This document shows positions 19,887 through 29,592 of a stretch of DNA of 64,000 bases, piece by piece. A program made the translations under genes and the position numbers. The stretch comes from Chloroflexota bacterium. Lineage in GTDB: Bacteria; Chloroflexota; Anaerolineae; UBA1429. How positions within the stretch are numbered: the first letter of the stretch is position 1; each line of letters begins with the position of its first letter. The notes below the pieces were generated by a model. The model did no database searches. It worked only from the letters and a program-made list of their open reading frames with translations, and was not told the DNA's origin. The stretch is from positions 27,782 to 91,781 of the forward strand of contig JAAYDC010000006.1 of the NCBI GenBank assembly GCA_012729455.1, read 5' to 3'.

Positions 19887-20837
19887 TCAGGCCTCCACGA
19901 CGTATTGGGGGGCGGTGGCTAGCAGCGCCTGTGCCTGAGCGACCGTGCGCTCTATCACCGTCTGCGCGCTGACAATATCATGTACCATGCCAGCGCTTTG
20001 GCCTGCCATCAGTGAACCGTTGATAACGTCGCCATCGATCACCGCGGCGCGCAGGCGCCCGGTGCCAAAGGCGATCACCTCTTCCTCGCTGGTGCCGCGC
20101 CGTTCGAGTTCTTCAAAGCCAATGCTGCACTGGTTGCGCAAGGAGCGCACCGGGTGCCCCAACGAATAGCCCGTCACCATGGTAGAGCGTTCGTTGGCCT
20201 TGACGATCGCCTCTTTATAGAGCGGATGCGCAATGCACTCGTCGGTGGCGATAAAGCGCGTGCCCATCTGCACACCGGCTGCACCGAGCGCCAGGGCAGC
20301 CGCCAGCCCGCGCCCGTCGGCAATACCGCCCGCAGCGATGACCGGGATCGAGACCGTATCGACCACCTGTGGTACCAGCGCGAGGGTCGATACCGTGCCG
20401 ATGTGTCCGCCGGATTCCTCACCTTCAGCGATGAGCGCATCTGCTCCCGAACGCTCCAGACGGCGCGCCAGGGCTGTGGATGCCACCACCGGAATGACGA
20501 TAATACCGGCGCTCTTGAGCGGTTCGATGTAGGGCACCGGGTTGCCGGCGCCAGTGGTCATGACACTGATGCGCTCCTCGATACATACCGCGATGACTTC
20601 ATCGGCGAACGAGTTAAAGAGCGGCACGTTCACACCAAAGGGCTTGTCGGTCGCCCGCCGCAGTTGTGTGATCTGCTCGCGCACAAAGGATGCCGGCGCG
20701 CTGCCGGCGCCGATTATCCCCAAGCTCCCGGCGTTGGAAACCGCTGCGGCCAGTTCCCAGGTAGCCACCCACGCCATCCCGCCTTGCAGGATCGGGTGGG
20801 GAATCTTGAGCAGCTTGGTAAGGGGTGTTTGCAGCAT
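19887..20837 (-). CDS. fabK: enoyl-ACP reductase II (FMN, nitronate monooxygenase fold)
   Basis: The product matches the NMO/FabK family (GGMAWV…, GAGVQMGTRF). The start is placed at MLQTPLTKLL. Confidence 0.8.
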   Translation of the reverse strand: MLQTPLTKLLKIPHPILQGGMAWVATWELAAAVSNAGSLGIIGAGSAPASFVREQITQLRRATDKPFGVNVPLFNSFADEVIAVCIEERISVMTTGAGNPVPYIEPLKSAGIIVIPVVASTALARRLERSGADALIAEGEESGGHIGTVSTLALVPQVVDTVSIPVIAAGGIADGRGLAAALALGAAGVQMGTRFIATDECIAHPLYKEAIVKANERSTMVTGYSLGHPVRSLRNQCSIGFEELERRGTSEEEVIAFGTGRLRAAVIDGDVINGSLMAGQSAGMVHDIVSAQTVIERTVAQAQALLATAPQYVVEA

Positions 20838-20976
20838 CTCGAGCCTCCGATCGCAAATTATAAGTAATAACACATCCGCCTGGCACTGGTTGCGAAATGT
20901 CAGCCTCTGGCACAGGTGTAACTATCCAGATGAGCCAGTGTTAAATTATATAACCACTCAACACGGAGATTGTACC

Positions 20977-22212
20977 ATGACGAGACGCGTCGTCGTGACG
21001 GGTTTAGGTGCGGTCAGCCCGGTCGGGCTCACAGCTGCCTCAGCCTGGGAGAGCGTCTGCAGCGGACGCAGCGCTGTCCAACCTATTACCCGTTTTGATA
21101 CCACGGGCTATGGCTCGCGCATTGCTGCGCAGCTACTGTCGTTCAACCCGCTCGAGCATTTTGACGCCCGGGAAGTGCGCCGCCTCGACCCCTATATGCA
21201 GTATGCGATCGTAGCAGCGCGCGAAGCCTACCGTGACGCCGGCCTGCCAGCTGATGTCGCGACAAGCGCGCGCACCGCCGTGATCATCGGCTCGGGGGTA
21301 GGTGGCATGACCACGCAATCCGAACAAATGCTGACGCTGCACGACCGCGGCCCCTCGCGGGTGAGCCCCTTTGGCGCCTCGATGATCCTGGTGGATAGTG
21401 CCGCCAGCAGCGTGGCGCTCGATCTGAAACTGCGCGGCCCCAACATGGCGATCGTCTCGGCGTGTGCAAGCGGTACCAACGCGATCGGTGAAGCCTATGA
21501 AATGATCCGCCGCAATGCCTGCGACGCCGCCCTGGCTGGCGGGGCGGAGGCATGCATCATCCCGCTGGCTGTCTCGGTGTTTTCGATCATGCGCACCCTC
21601 TCCGAGCGCAACGACGATCCCGAGCACGCCTCGCGCCCCTTTGACAAGGACCGCGACGGCTTTGTGATGGCCGAAGGCGCTGCTGTACTGGTACTTGAGG
21701 AGCGTGAGCATGCCCTGGCGCGCGGCGCGACCATCTACGCCGAGGTGAGCGGCTATGGCTGCACCGACGATGCCTACCACATCGTCGCGCCCGACCCGGA
21801 GGCGCGCGGGGCGATCGAATGTATGCGTATCGCTCTCCAATCAGCCAACTTGCAGCCGCAGGATATCGGCTACATCAACGCGCACGGCACCAGTACGCCG
21901 CTCAACGACACCACCGAGACGTTGGCGATCAAGGAAGTGTTTGGGGCGCACGCCTACCGGCTGGCGGTCAGTTCGACCAAGTCAATGACCGGGCACCTGC
22001 TGGGAGCTGCCGGCGCGCTTGAGGCCGTCTTTACCGTCAAGTCGCTGCAGGAGGGCATCCTGCCGCCGACCATCAACCTAGATCATCCTGACGAAAAGTG
22101 CGACCTGGATTACGTGCCGCACACCGCACGCACCCAACAGGTTGCTCACGCGCTCTCCAACTCGTTTGGCTTTGGCGGGCACAATGCTTGCCTTATCTTT
22201 AGCCAAGCCTAA
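20977..22212 (+). CDS. fabF: 3-oxoacyl-ACP synthase II
   Basis: The 411-aa product has the active-site Cys in SACASG and the HGTSTP / GHLLGAAG His motifs. A GGAGA RBS is present. Confidence 0.9.
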   Translation: MTRRVVVTGLGAVSPVGLTAASAWESVCSGRSAVQPITRFDTTGYGSRIAAQLLSFNPLEHFDAREVRRLDPYMQYAIVAAREAYRDAGLPADVATSARTAVIIGSGVGGMTTQSEQMLTLHDRGPSRVSPFGASMILVDSAASSVALDLKLRGPNMAIVSACASGTNAIGEAYEMIRRNACDAALAGGAEACIIPLAVSVFSIMRTLSERNDDPEHASRPFDKDRDGFVMAEGAAVLVLEEREHALARGATIYAEVSGYGCTDDAYHIVAPDPEARGAIECMRIALQSANLQPQDIGYINAHGTSTPLNDTTETLAIKEVFGAHAYRLAVSSTKSMTGHLLGAAGALEAVFTVKSLQEGILPPTINLDHPDEKCDLDYVPHTARTQQVAHALSNSFGFGGHNACLIFSQA

Positions 22213-22231
22213 GCGGCCGTCCGCCGGGCGC

Positions 22232-23352
22232 ATGGCTGAAGTCGTCGGCTGGGGAATGTATGCACCCAGCCGCGTCGTCACTAACGACGAGTTGGCGCGC
22301 CAGATGGATACTTCGGACGAATGGATCCGCACGCGCACCGGCATCTCGCGCCGCCACATAGCTGGTAAGAACGAGACCACCGCGCAGATGGCGGCTGCTG
22401 CAGCTCGGGCAGCGTTGCAGACCGCCGACGAAGACCCGCATCGCATCGAGCTGATCATTGTCGCCACTACCACGCCCGACTATCTGCTGGCTCTACTGCC
22501 TGCCAGGTGCAAAACGCGCTCGGGGCGATCAACGCCGGCGCCTATGATCTGAATGCCGGCTGCTCGGGGTTCATCTATGCCCTGGTGGCCGGGTCGCAGG
22601 CCATCGCCTCGGGCGAATGCGAACGCGTGCTGGTGATCGGCGCAGATACGCTCTCGCGCACCGTAGACTGGGAGGACCGCTCCACCAGCGTTCTGTTTGG
22701 AGATGGTGCCGGCGCTGTAGTGCTGCGCGCCTCTACGGGCAGCGCCGGTGTGCTGGCCAACGTCCTGGGTGCTGATGGCTCGGGTTGTGAGATGCTCTAC
22801 ATCCCCGCGGGCGGCAGCGCCAAACCTGCCTGCCAGGAGACTATCGACCAGCGCGAGCACTATATCCGCATGAACGGCAGCGCAGTATACTACTTTGCAA
22901 CGCGCATCCTGCCAAATGCCACCGAACAGGTGCTGCGTAAAGCCGGGCTGACGCTCGACCAGATCAACCTGCTTATCCCGCACCAGGCCAACCGGCGCAT
23001 CATCGAGAGTGCCGCCAAAAGGCTCAAGCTGCCGATCGAGCGCTTTGCCATGAACCTGCAGGAATATGGCAACACTTCGGCAGCTTCAATCCCGATCGCG
23101 CTGTGCGAAGCGCACAGCGAGGGACGCATCCAGCCGGACGATAACCTGCTGATGGTAGGTTTTGGGGCCGGGTTAACCTGGGCAGCCGGCGTAGTGTGCT
23201 GGAGCGCCGCCCAGGGCGGTGAGCAGCGCAGTGCGCGCGGCATCTGGCGTTGGATGGTCTACACGACGGCGCGTTTACGCAGCCTGACACGTTCCGCCAC
23301 TATTCGCACCATCCGCAAGATGGACGAATGCACCCGGCAGCGCAAGCACTAG
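22232..23352 (+). pseudogene. fabH: 3-oxoacyl-ACP synthase III, interrupted by a frameshift (or sequencing error) at about 22478–22500, with an atypical 47-aa Arg-rich C-terminal tail
   Basis: The N-terminal part (MAEVVGWGMYAPSRVVTNDEL…TTPDYLL) and the C-terminal part (…STACQVQNALGAINAGAYDLNAGCSGF…HQANRRI…GFGAGLTW) are typical FabH. They lie in different frames that overlap at 22507–22552. Confidence 0.6.
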
Positions 23353-23807
23353 CTCTGGGGACGTCCGCGCATCACCAGCGACCATTCGCCCTGCTGGACG
23401 ACCTCGTCGCGCTGGTTGAGCACGCGCATTTCCAGGTACACCAATCCGCCGCCCATAGCCACCACGGCGCGCACCCGCGTCACGGTTGCCTGCACGCGAA
23501 TGGTATCGCCGATCAGCACCGGCGCACGAAAGCGCCAGTCGAGGGTGGTAAAAGCCTGGGCGGTGCCATCGATAAAGCCGTTGCGCGCTGCCAGCCCCGA
23601 GGCGATCGAGAGCACTAACAGACCATGCGCGATGCGCTGCCCAAAGGGCGAGCTGCGCGCGAACTCTGCGTCAGTGTGCAGGGGATTGTAATCGCCCGAG
23701 AGGGCAGCAAAAGCGACGATATCGGCCTCGGTGATAGTGCGAGCCATGCTGTCAAAGGTATCGCCGACTGTGAAATCCTCAAAGAAGCGCGCGTTGGGGC
23801 CGACCAT
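23349..23807 (-). CDS. MaoC-like (R)-specific enoyl-CoA/ACP hydratase (hotdog fold)
   Basis: The product has the MaoC dehydratase motif DYNPLHTDAEFA. Its stop shares a CTAG with the fabH stop. Confidence 0.7.
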   Translation of the reverse strand: MVGPNARFFEDFTVGDTFDSMARTITEADIVAFAALSGDYNPLHTDAEFARSSPFGQRIAHGLLVLSIASGLAARNGFIDGTAQAFTTLDWRFRAPVLIGDTIRVQATVTRVRAVVAMGGGLVYLEMRVLNQRDEVVQQGEWSLVMRGRPQS

Positions 23808-23899
23808 GATGTACCTCACTGTGTTGGTAAGCATAACACCACTGCAAGGTATTAGCAACGCTATTTGCATGCACCGGAGGAGGGTGATACTCTAACCCC

Positions 23900-24577
23900 A
23901 TGCATGATAAGCAATCTACTCTGTTGACCCGCCAGGCTGCCAAACACTGGGGCACAGCCGGCTTGTTTGGTCTGCTGGGGTTGCTGGCACTGACAGCCGG
24001 CGTGGGGGTGGCCTATACCACCAGTTACCGCAAACTGATCTATAGCGCCTCCAATGTGCCTGTTAAGCCGGTGGCGATCGTCTTTGGGGCGGGAGTCTGG
24101 CGCGATGGCACCCTCAGCCCGATCCTCTTGGACCGGGTAGAGACAGCCATCGAGCTATACCAGGCTGAACGGGTGAGCAAGCTGCTGATGACCGGCGATA
24201 ACCGCTATATCGACTATAACGAACCCCAGGCAATGGCCAACTATGCCATCAGCCGCGGCATCCCGTGCGAGGATATCGTGCTGGACTTTGCCGGTCGGCG
24301 CACCTATGACAGCTGCTACCGTGCAGCCTATATCTTTGAGGTGCAGGAGGCCATCCTGGTGACGCAAGCCTACCACCTGCCGCGCGCGCTCTACACCGCG
24401 CGCCATCTGGGCATTGACGCGGTGGGAGTAGCAGCCGATCGGCAAAGTTACCAGTTCATGCGTCAATATCAGTTGCGCGAAGTCACCGCTACGCTGGTGG
24501 CCTGGTGGCAGGTGATGATCAGTAAACCGATCCCGGTTTTGGGACCTGTTATGCCGATTATTGCAGAGAAATCCTGA
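23900..24577 (+). CDS. DUF218/SanA(ElyC)-family membrane-anchored protein
   Basis: The protein has an N-terminal TM segment followed by a DUF218-like domain (VIVFGAGVWRDG…LLMTGDN). Confidence 0.55.
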   Translation: MHDKQSTLLTRQAAKHWGTAGLFGLLGLLALTAGVGVAYTTSYRKLIYSASNVPVKPVAIVFGAGVWRDGTLSPILLDRVETAIELYQAERVSKLLMTGDNRYIDYNEPQAMANYAISRGIPCEDIVLDFAGRRTYDSCYRAAYIFEVQEAILVTQAYHLPRALYTARHLGIDAVGVAADRQSYQFMRQYQLREVTATLVAWWQVMISKPIPVLGPVMPIIAEKS

Positions 24578-24602
24578 TCGTCGCGTGTTCCTTGGAGGTA
24601 CG

Positions 24603-25073
24603 ATGCAGCCGTCAATGTTGACACTGGATGCCTTTACTGTCGTTGGCCCGGTGTATCGCGGCCATAATCAGGCCGGCGAAATCCCCGCGATGTGGCAGAA
24701 CGTTTACCTGCCGCGTATGGACGAAATCCGCCATGTGATTGATGGCGACGAATCGTGGGGCGTGTTCGGCAACCACCAGCCCGATGGCAGCTTGACGTAT
24801 ATGGCGGGATCTCGGGTCGAAAAGGCCGAAGATATCCCCGAAGGTATGCAGGCCTGGGAGCTGAAAGCGCAGACCTATGCTGTCTTCCCTTGCACCCTCG
24901 CACAGATCGGCAAGACGCTGGCATATATCCATCAGGAGTGGCTGCCGGCCTCCGGCTACCTGCACGCCGCCGCACCAGAACTGGAATACTATGGCAAAGC
25001 CTTCTTAGAGGCGCCTGACGGCGTCGGCCAGATCGAGTTGCTGATCCCGGTGGTACCCCACGACCAGACCTAG
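24603..25073 (+). CDS. GyrI-like small-molecule-binding domain protein
   Basis: The product has an AraC_E_bind/GyrI-like fold pattern. A GGAGG RBS precedes the ATG. Confidence 0.55.
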   Translation: MQPSMLTLDAFTVVGPVYRGHNQAGEIPAMWQNVYLPRMDEIRHVIDGDESWGVFGNHQPDGSLTYMAGSRVEKAEDIPEGMQAWELKAQTYAVFPCTLAQIGKTLAYIHQEWLPASGYLHAAAPELEYYGKAFLEAPDGVGQIELLIPVVPHDQT

Positions 25074-25128
25074 GCTGACAAGCACGCCAGATGCGGATAT
25101 ACTCGCCTTTACCAGAGGAATGTGAGCC

Positions 25129-26400
25129 ATGAGAGTTGAACTTGCCTATGGGCAGGAACGTCTGAGCGTCCAGGTGCCCGACCATGCCACCGTGCTGCGG
25201 CCACATGCGGCCCCTGGGCTGGCCGACGAATGCCAGGCGATCCGCGAGGCGCTGCGCAACCCCTTGGGCACCGCCCCGCTGCGCGAGTTGGTAAAGCCCA
25301 GCCAAAAGATCGTGATCCTGTTCAGCGATATCACCCGCCCGATGCCCAGCGACCGCGTCTTGCCGGTGCTGCTCGAGGCGCTTGAGCACATCCCGCGCGA
25401 GCAGATCACGCTGATGAACGCGGTCGGCACGCACCGCGCCAACACCCCCCAAGAGCTGGAGCATATGCTGGGCAGTGAGATCGCCCACGGCTACCGCATC
25501 CTGACTCACGACGCCTTTGATGCTGCCAACCTGGTAAACTTGGGCACCTCGTCGCAGGGCAATCCGCAGCTGGTCAACCGCATCTGGCACGAGGCGGATT
25601 TCAAGATCGCCACCGGCTTTATCCAACCACACATCTTTGCCGGGTTCAGCGGCGGTCCCAAGGCCGTGCTGCCGGGCGTGGCCGGTTTCGAGACGATCAT
25701 GCCCAACCACGGCTATGCGATCCTCAACAACCCGCGAGCCACCTGGGGCGTGACAGAGGGCAACCCGGTGGCGGCTGAGATGCGCGAACTGGCACTGAAG
25801 AGCAAGCCCGACTTTCTGCTCAATGTGACCTCGAACCGCGACAAAGAGATCTGTGCAGTGTTTGCGGGCGAGATGCTGCAGGCGCATCGCGCCGGCATCG
25901 AGTTTGTGCGCCGCACCTCGATGGCTCCCTTTGACGAACCCTTTGATATTGTGGTCACCTCCAACGACGGTTATCCGGCCGATATCAACCTTTATCAATC
26001 CGTCAAGGGTATGTCGGCTGCCGCGCAGATCGTCAAACCCGGCGGGGCGATCATCATTGCCGCCGAATGCCGCGATGGCGTGCCCGATAACGGCCAATAT
26101 CGCAAGCTGGTGGAGCGCGCCGGCAGTCTGGCCGGCATGCAGGCCATGCTCTCGCAACCCGGCTTTCAGGAATATGACCAATGGCAGGTGCAGCTGCAAG
26201 CTGGCGTGATGGCCAAGGCGGATGTTTACGTCTACAGCGAGCTGGCCGATGCCGACGTGCGCAGCATGCTGCTCAACCCGACCCATTCGGTCGAGACCAC
26301 GCTCGACGCCCTGCTGACGCGTTACGGCGCCGATGCCAAGGTGTGCGTGATGCCCGAAGGCCCGCTGGTGATCCCTTACCTCGCCCAACAGGAGGGCTGA
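25129..26400 (+). CDS. LarA-family protein (Ni-pincer-nucleotide-dependent 2-hydroxyacid racemase/epimerase homolog, DUF2088), paralog 1
   Basis: The 423-aa product has an N-terminal DUF2088 pattern (KIVILFSDITRP…VGTHR) that is shared with the second paralog at 54416–55669. Confidence 0.65.
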   Translation: MRVELAYGQERLSVQVPDHATVLRPHAAPGLADECQAIREALRNPLGTAPLRELVKPSQKIVILFSDITRPMPSDRVLPVLLEALEHIPREQITLMNAVGTHRANTPQELEHMLGSEIAHGYRILTHDAFDAANLVNLGTSSQGNPQLVNRIWHEADFKIATGFIQPHIFAGFSGGPKAVLPGVAGFETIMPNHGYAILNNPRATWGVTEGNPVAAEMRELALKSKPDFLLNVTSNRDKEICAVFAGEMLQAHRAGIEFVRRTSMAPFDEPFDIVVTSNDGYPADINLYQSVKGMSAAAQIVKPGGAIIIAAECRDGVPDNGQYRKLVERAGSLAGMQAMLSQPGFQEYDQWQVQLQAGVMAKADVYVYSELADADVRSMLLNPTHSVETTLDALLTRYGADAKVCVMPEGPLVIPYLAQQEG

Positions 26401-26401
26401 C

Positions 26402-28446
26402 ATGACCCGTGAACTGGCTTTGATCCCGCAGCCAAAACAGCTCGAGCGCGGCAAAGGGGTTTTTCAGCTGCAACCGAACACCCGCATCGCCCTGCTGGCG
26501 CCCAATGCGCAGGCGGACCTGGTTGCAGCCGAGTTGCTGTAGCAGGAAATCGCGGCGGCCAGCGCCCTCGAGCTCGAGATCGTAGCCCTCGCGGAGCGCA
26601 ATCTACAGACCAACCAGATCATGCTCGACTCGCAGGGGCTATGCCAAGCTATCCCCGAGCTGGAGAGCCCGCAGGCCTATCTGCTGGTAATCGAGCCGGG
26701 GCGCATCTGCTGCGGCGCCAGCAGCCTGACGGGCCTGTTTTACGCCGTTGCAGACCCTGCGCCAGCTGGTGCGCACCTTTGGCGCCGAACTGCCGGTGCT
26801 GAGCATCCGCGACTGGCCATCGCTTGAGCATCGCGGCGTGATGATGGACGTTTCACGCGGCAAAGTGCCGACCGTTGCGACCATCAAACAGGTGATCGAC
26901 TAGATGGCGCTCTTTAAGATGAACGTGCTGCAGTTTTATACCGAGCATACCTTTCACTTTGCGCGCCACCCGCGCATCGGCCAGGACTGCGGCTCGCTCA
27001 CACCACAGGATATCCTCGAGTTGGACGCCTACTGTCGTGACCGTCATCTCGAACTGATGCCGAACCTGCAATCTTTCGGCCATTGCGAGCACATCCTCAA
27101 CCTGCCCGAATATCGCCCACTGGCCGAATCAGCCGCCCTGTGGTCGCTTTCGCTGGCGGATGAGGGCAGCTATCAGCTGCTGGACGAGCTCTATGGCGAC
27201 ATGCTGCCCAGCTTTACCTCGCGCACGCTCAACATTGGCTGCGACGAGACCTATGACCTCGGCAAAGGGCGCAGCGCCGCAGTGGTCGAGGCGCAGGGGT
27301 TAGGTAGGGTTTACCTGGGACACATCCTGCGTCTGCGCGAGCTGGCGGCACACTACGGCTTCCAGATCCAGCTGTGGGGCGATATCCTGCTGCACCACCC
27401 CCAGCTGGTGAGCGAGGTGCCCGACGACGTAACCTTGCTCGACTGGCACTATGAGGCCGCCGACGATTACCCTTCGACAAAACTGTTTGGCGAACACCAG
27501 CGCCGCTTTTGGGTATGCCCGGACACCTCGTCGTGGAACACGCTCTTTCCGCGTATCGAGAATTCGAACGGCAATATCAAGACCCTGGCACGGGTAGGCA
27601 TCGAGCACGGCGCCGGCGGTATGCTCAACACCGATTGGGACGATGGCGGCCACTACCAGCCGCTGGGGCAATGCTAGTATGGCTATATTTATGGAGCTGA
27701 GCAATCGTGGAGCGGAGGCCGGAGCGAGGATGCTGCCTTTGACAAGGCTTTTGGCAGCCTGGTTTTCGGTACCGGCGGTCAAACCGTCGTGGAGGCCATC
27801 CGCGCGCTCGGGCGCATCAATATCCTGCAGGACATCGCTATCGGCAACGGCAGCCGCACAATCCACAGCCTGCTGGATGAGCCGCTCAACGGCAAGCTGG
27901 CCGACGAGATCCCGCCCGAGACCGTTATGCAGATGATCGACATCACCCAGCGCTGCGAGGCAGCCCTGCGCCAGGCGTATGCGACCGTGCGCGACCAGGT
28001 AAGTGTGGAGGAGCTCTTGTACAGCACGCGCCTGATCAACCTGACGGCGCAAGCTGGCGGCATCGCGGGCTCTGCGCGAGACCATTGCGCAGTTGCCAGA
28101 GGATACGCAGCAGGCTGCCATGGCCTTGCGGAAGGCCATGGCAGGATGGTTGGCGATCGAACGCGAGATCCCAGCCTTTGTCGAGCTCTTTCGCGAGCAG
28201 TGGCTGCAGCGCGCGCGGTATTCAGAAATACGCATCACCCTGCACCACTTTAGCCGGCTGCTGGAGCGCTACAACTTTGCACACGAATGGCTGGCCATTA
28301 AGCTCGCCAGGCTCGAGGCGGGCGAAGCGGTCGCCCTCGACCTGGAGGAATACACGCAGCGTACTGGCCGCTATGAGATCCTTTACCAGGCCTGGGTACG
28401 CCACATTCAGGAGCTCGGCTTCGATTTGGGCCGAGCGCCAGCCTGA
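26402..28446 (+). pseudogene. GH20 beta-N-acetylhexosaminidase, degraded (3 in-frame TAG codons plus 2 frameshifts)
   Basis: GH20 motifs are spread over three frames: IPQPKQ, GLFYAV[Q]TLRQL, HRGVMMDVSRGK…IKQVID*MALFKMNVLQFYTEH and NIGCDETYDLG. In-frame TAG codons lie at 26539–26541, 26901–26903 and 27675–27677. A +1 frameshift lies at about 26745 and a second frameshift at about 28055. Confidence 0.7.
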
Positions 28447-28478
28447 CTTACAGGGCAGGCATCCCCTACCCTGTTTTG

Positions 28479-28739
28479 TTACCTGGGCTCAATCACGCGC
28501 TCGACCAGGATTGAGCAATTGGTAGCCAGGGCAGCCACCGCTCCTACCGCGGTGAGTACCGGCGCGATGATGGCGCCCGCCGCCGCCAGGGTGAGCGGCA
28601 GCTCGACAAGGGTGCGGTCGCCCTGCTTGACGGTGATGCGCCGGATGTTGCCCTCGTGGACCAGCTCTTTGACTTTGTCAACCAGTTGGTTGCCGGTAAC
28701 CTTGATCTCTTCCTGCGTGGTTTGTTCACTAGAACTCAT
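28479..28739 (-). CDS. DUF4342-family small protein
   Basis: The 86-aa product has the DUF4342-like pattern VKELVHEGNIRRITVKQGDRTLVELPLT. Confidence 0.5.
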   Translation of the reverse strand: MSSSEQTTQEEIKVTGNQLVDKVKELVHEGNIRRITVKQGDRTLVELPLTLAAAGAIIAPVLTAVGAVAALATNCSILVERVIEPR

Positions 28740-28796
28740 GCTTGTCCTCGAATTCCACTACATGTACCCTTTACGCAGCCTCATCGGTGCGGTTGC

Positions 28797-29489
28797 TTAC
28801 GCCAACGGCACCAGCACGATATCGTCGCCATCCAGGCCGGGATAGGCCCCCTTGGCAACCTCTTCGGTCTGGTCCGGATGGATCAGCAGCCACTTGTTGA
28901 CGGCATACAGCAGGCGGTTCTCGCCCTGCGGTTTGACCGTATAGGGCAACGGATAGTTGGTTCCGCGCGGTAGATACACCAGCGTAGCGAACGAACCATC
29001 TCGGGTGGTTTGCAGCGGGGCGTAATGCAGGCACCAGGGGGCCATCTCAAAGGCCATGCCGGCTGGCACAAAAAACGCCTCAGCCAGCCTGGTGGGATAG
29101 CTGATCGTCTCGCCGCGCACGATGTCGAGCTCGCTGCCCAGCAGTAGGATCATGTCGGTCAGCGCCACATTTACCTCGCTGCCCTTGTGGTACTCGAGTC
29201 CAGCCATGCGTAGGTTGCGGCCATAACACCAGCCCACCTGCACCGGCATGCCGCCAAAGACCTCTTTTTCGATGCGTTCGTTGATCTCGGCATACACCTC
29301 GAGTGCTGGCACAGCCGGCTCATAGACCACCGCGTCAGTGGGCGGCACCAGCGCCTGAGCGCGTGCTACTATCTCGCGGGTATCATAGTCGGCTAAAACC
29401 TGGCCATAACGCAGATAGACCGGGTCGGTGATCGGGCGAATCTGGAGCTGTGGGTTAACCGCCTGCAGCTGACGGATTTTATCTTGCAT
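28797..29489 (-). CDS. hypothetical protein, DUF4867-like (cupin-like)
   Basis: The 230-aa product resembles the DUF4867 pattern (…YGQVL.DYD…, GMP.Q.GWCYG.N…EYH…). I am assigning the family from memory. Confidence 0.4.
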   Translation of the reverse strand: MQDKIRQLQAVNPQLQIRPITDPVYLRYGQVLADYDTREIVARAQALVPPTDAVVYEPAVPALEVYAEINERIEKEVFGGMPVQVGWCYGRNLRMAGLEYHKGSEVNVALTDMILLLGSELDIVRGETISYPTRLAEAFFVPAGMAFEMAPWCLHYAPLQTTRDGSFATLVYLPRGTNYPLPYTVKPQGENRLLYAVNKWLLIHPDQTEEVAKGAYPGLDGDDIVLVPLA

Positions 29490-29556
29490 GGGGCTCTCCT
29501 TGTATTGATGCCGTCAGTGTAACGCGCTTAAAGCGCGCTGCCAAGCAACCGCGGGT

Positions 29557-29585
29557 TTGACCAGCCCACCGCTCGGACCTACAAT
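29557..29585 (+). promoter_or_regulatory. sigma70-like promoter TTGACC-17-TACAAT ending 7 nt before the EamA ATG (leaderless or near-leaderless mRNA)
   Basis: The -35 element is at 29557–29562 and the -10 element at 29580–29585. The ATG is at 29593. The near-palindrome acgcgcttaaagcgcgct lies just upstream at about 29522–29540. Confidence 0.4.
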
Positions 29586-29592
29586 CCCGCAC

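Noticed and set aside
20542-20976. N-terminal extension of fabF ORF (556 aa) overlapping fabK
   Set aside because: The extension is antisense to fabK. An ATG at 20977 with a GGAGA RBS gives a canonical 411-aa FabF.
26539-27677. TAG read as a sense codon (amber recoding/pyrrolysine) in the GH20 gene
   Set aside because: TAG terminates clearly intact genes in the same window, such as the SBP and the MFS. The GH20 gene also carries two frameshifts. Decay is the simpler explanation.
27300-28238. 312-aa minus-strand ORF opposite the GH20 region
   Set aside because: Its composition looks like an antisense translation (Arg/Ala-rich and low complexity). The plus strand carries recognisable GH20 motifs.
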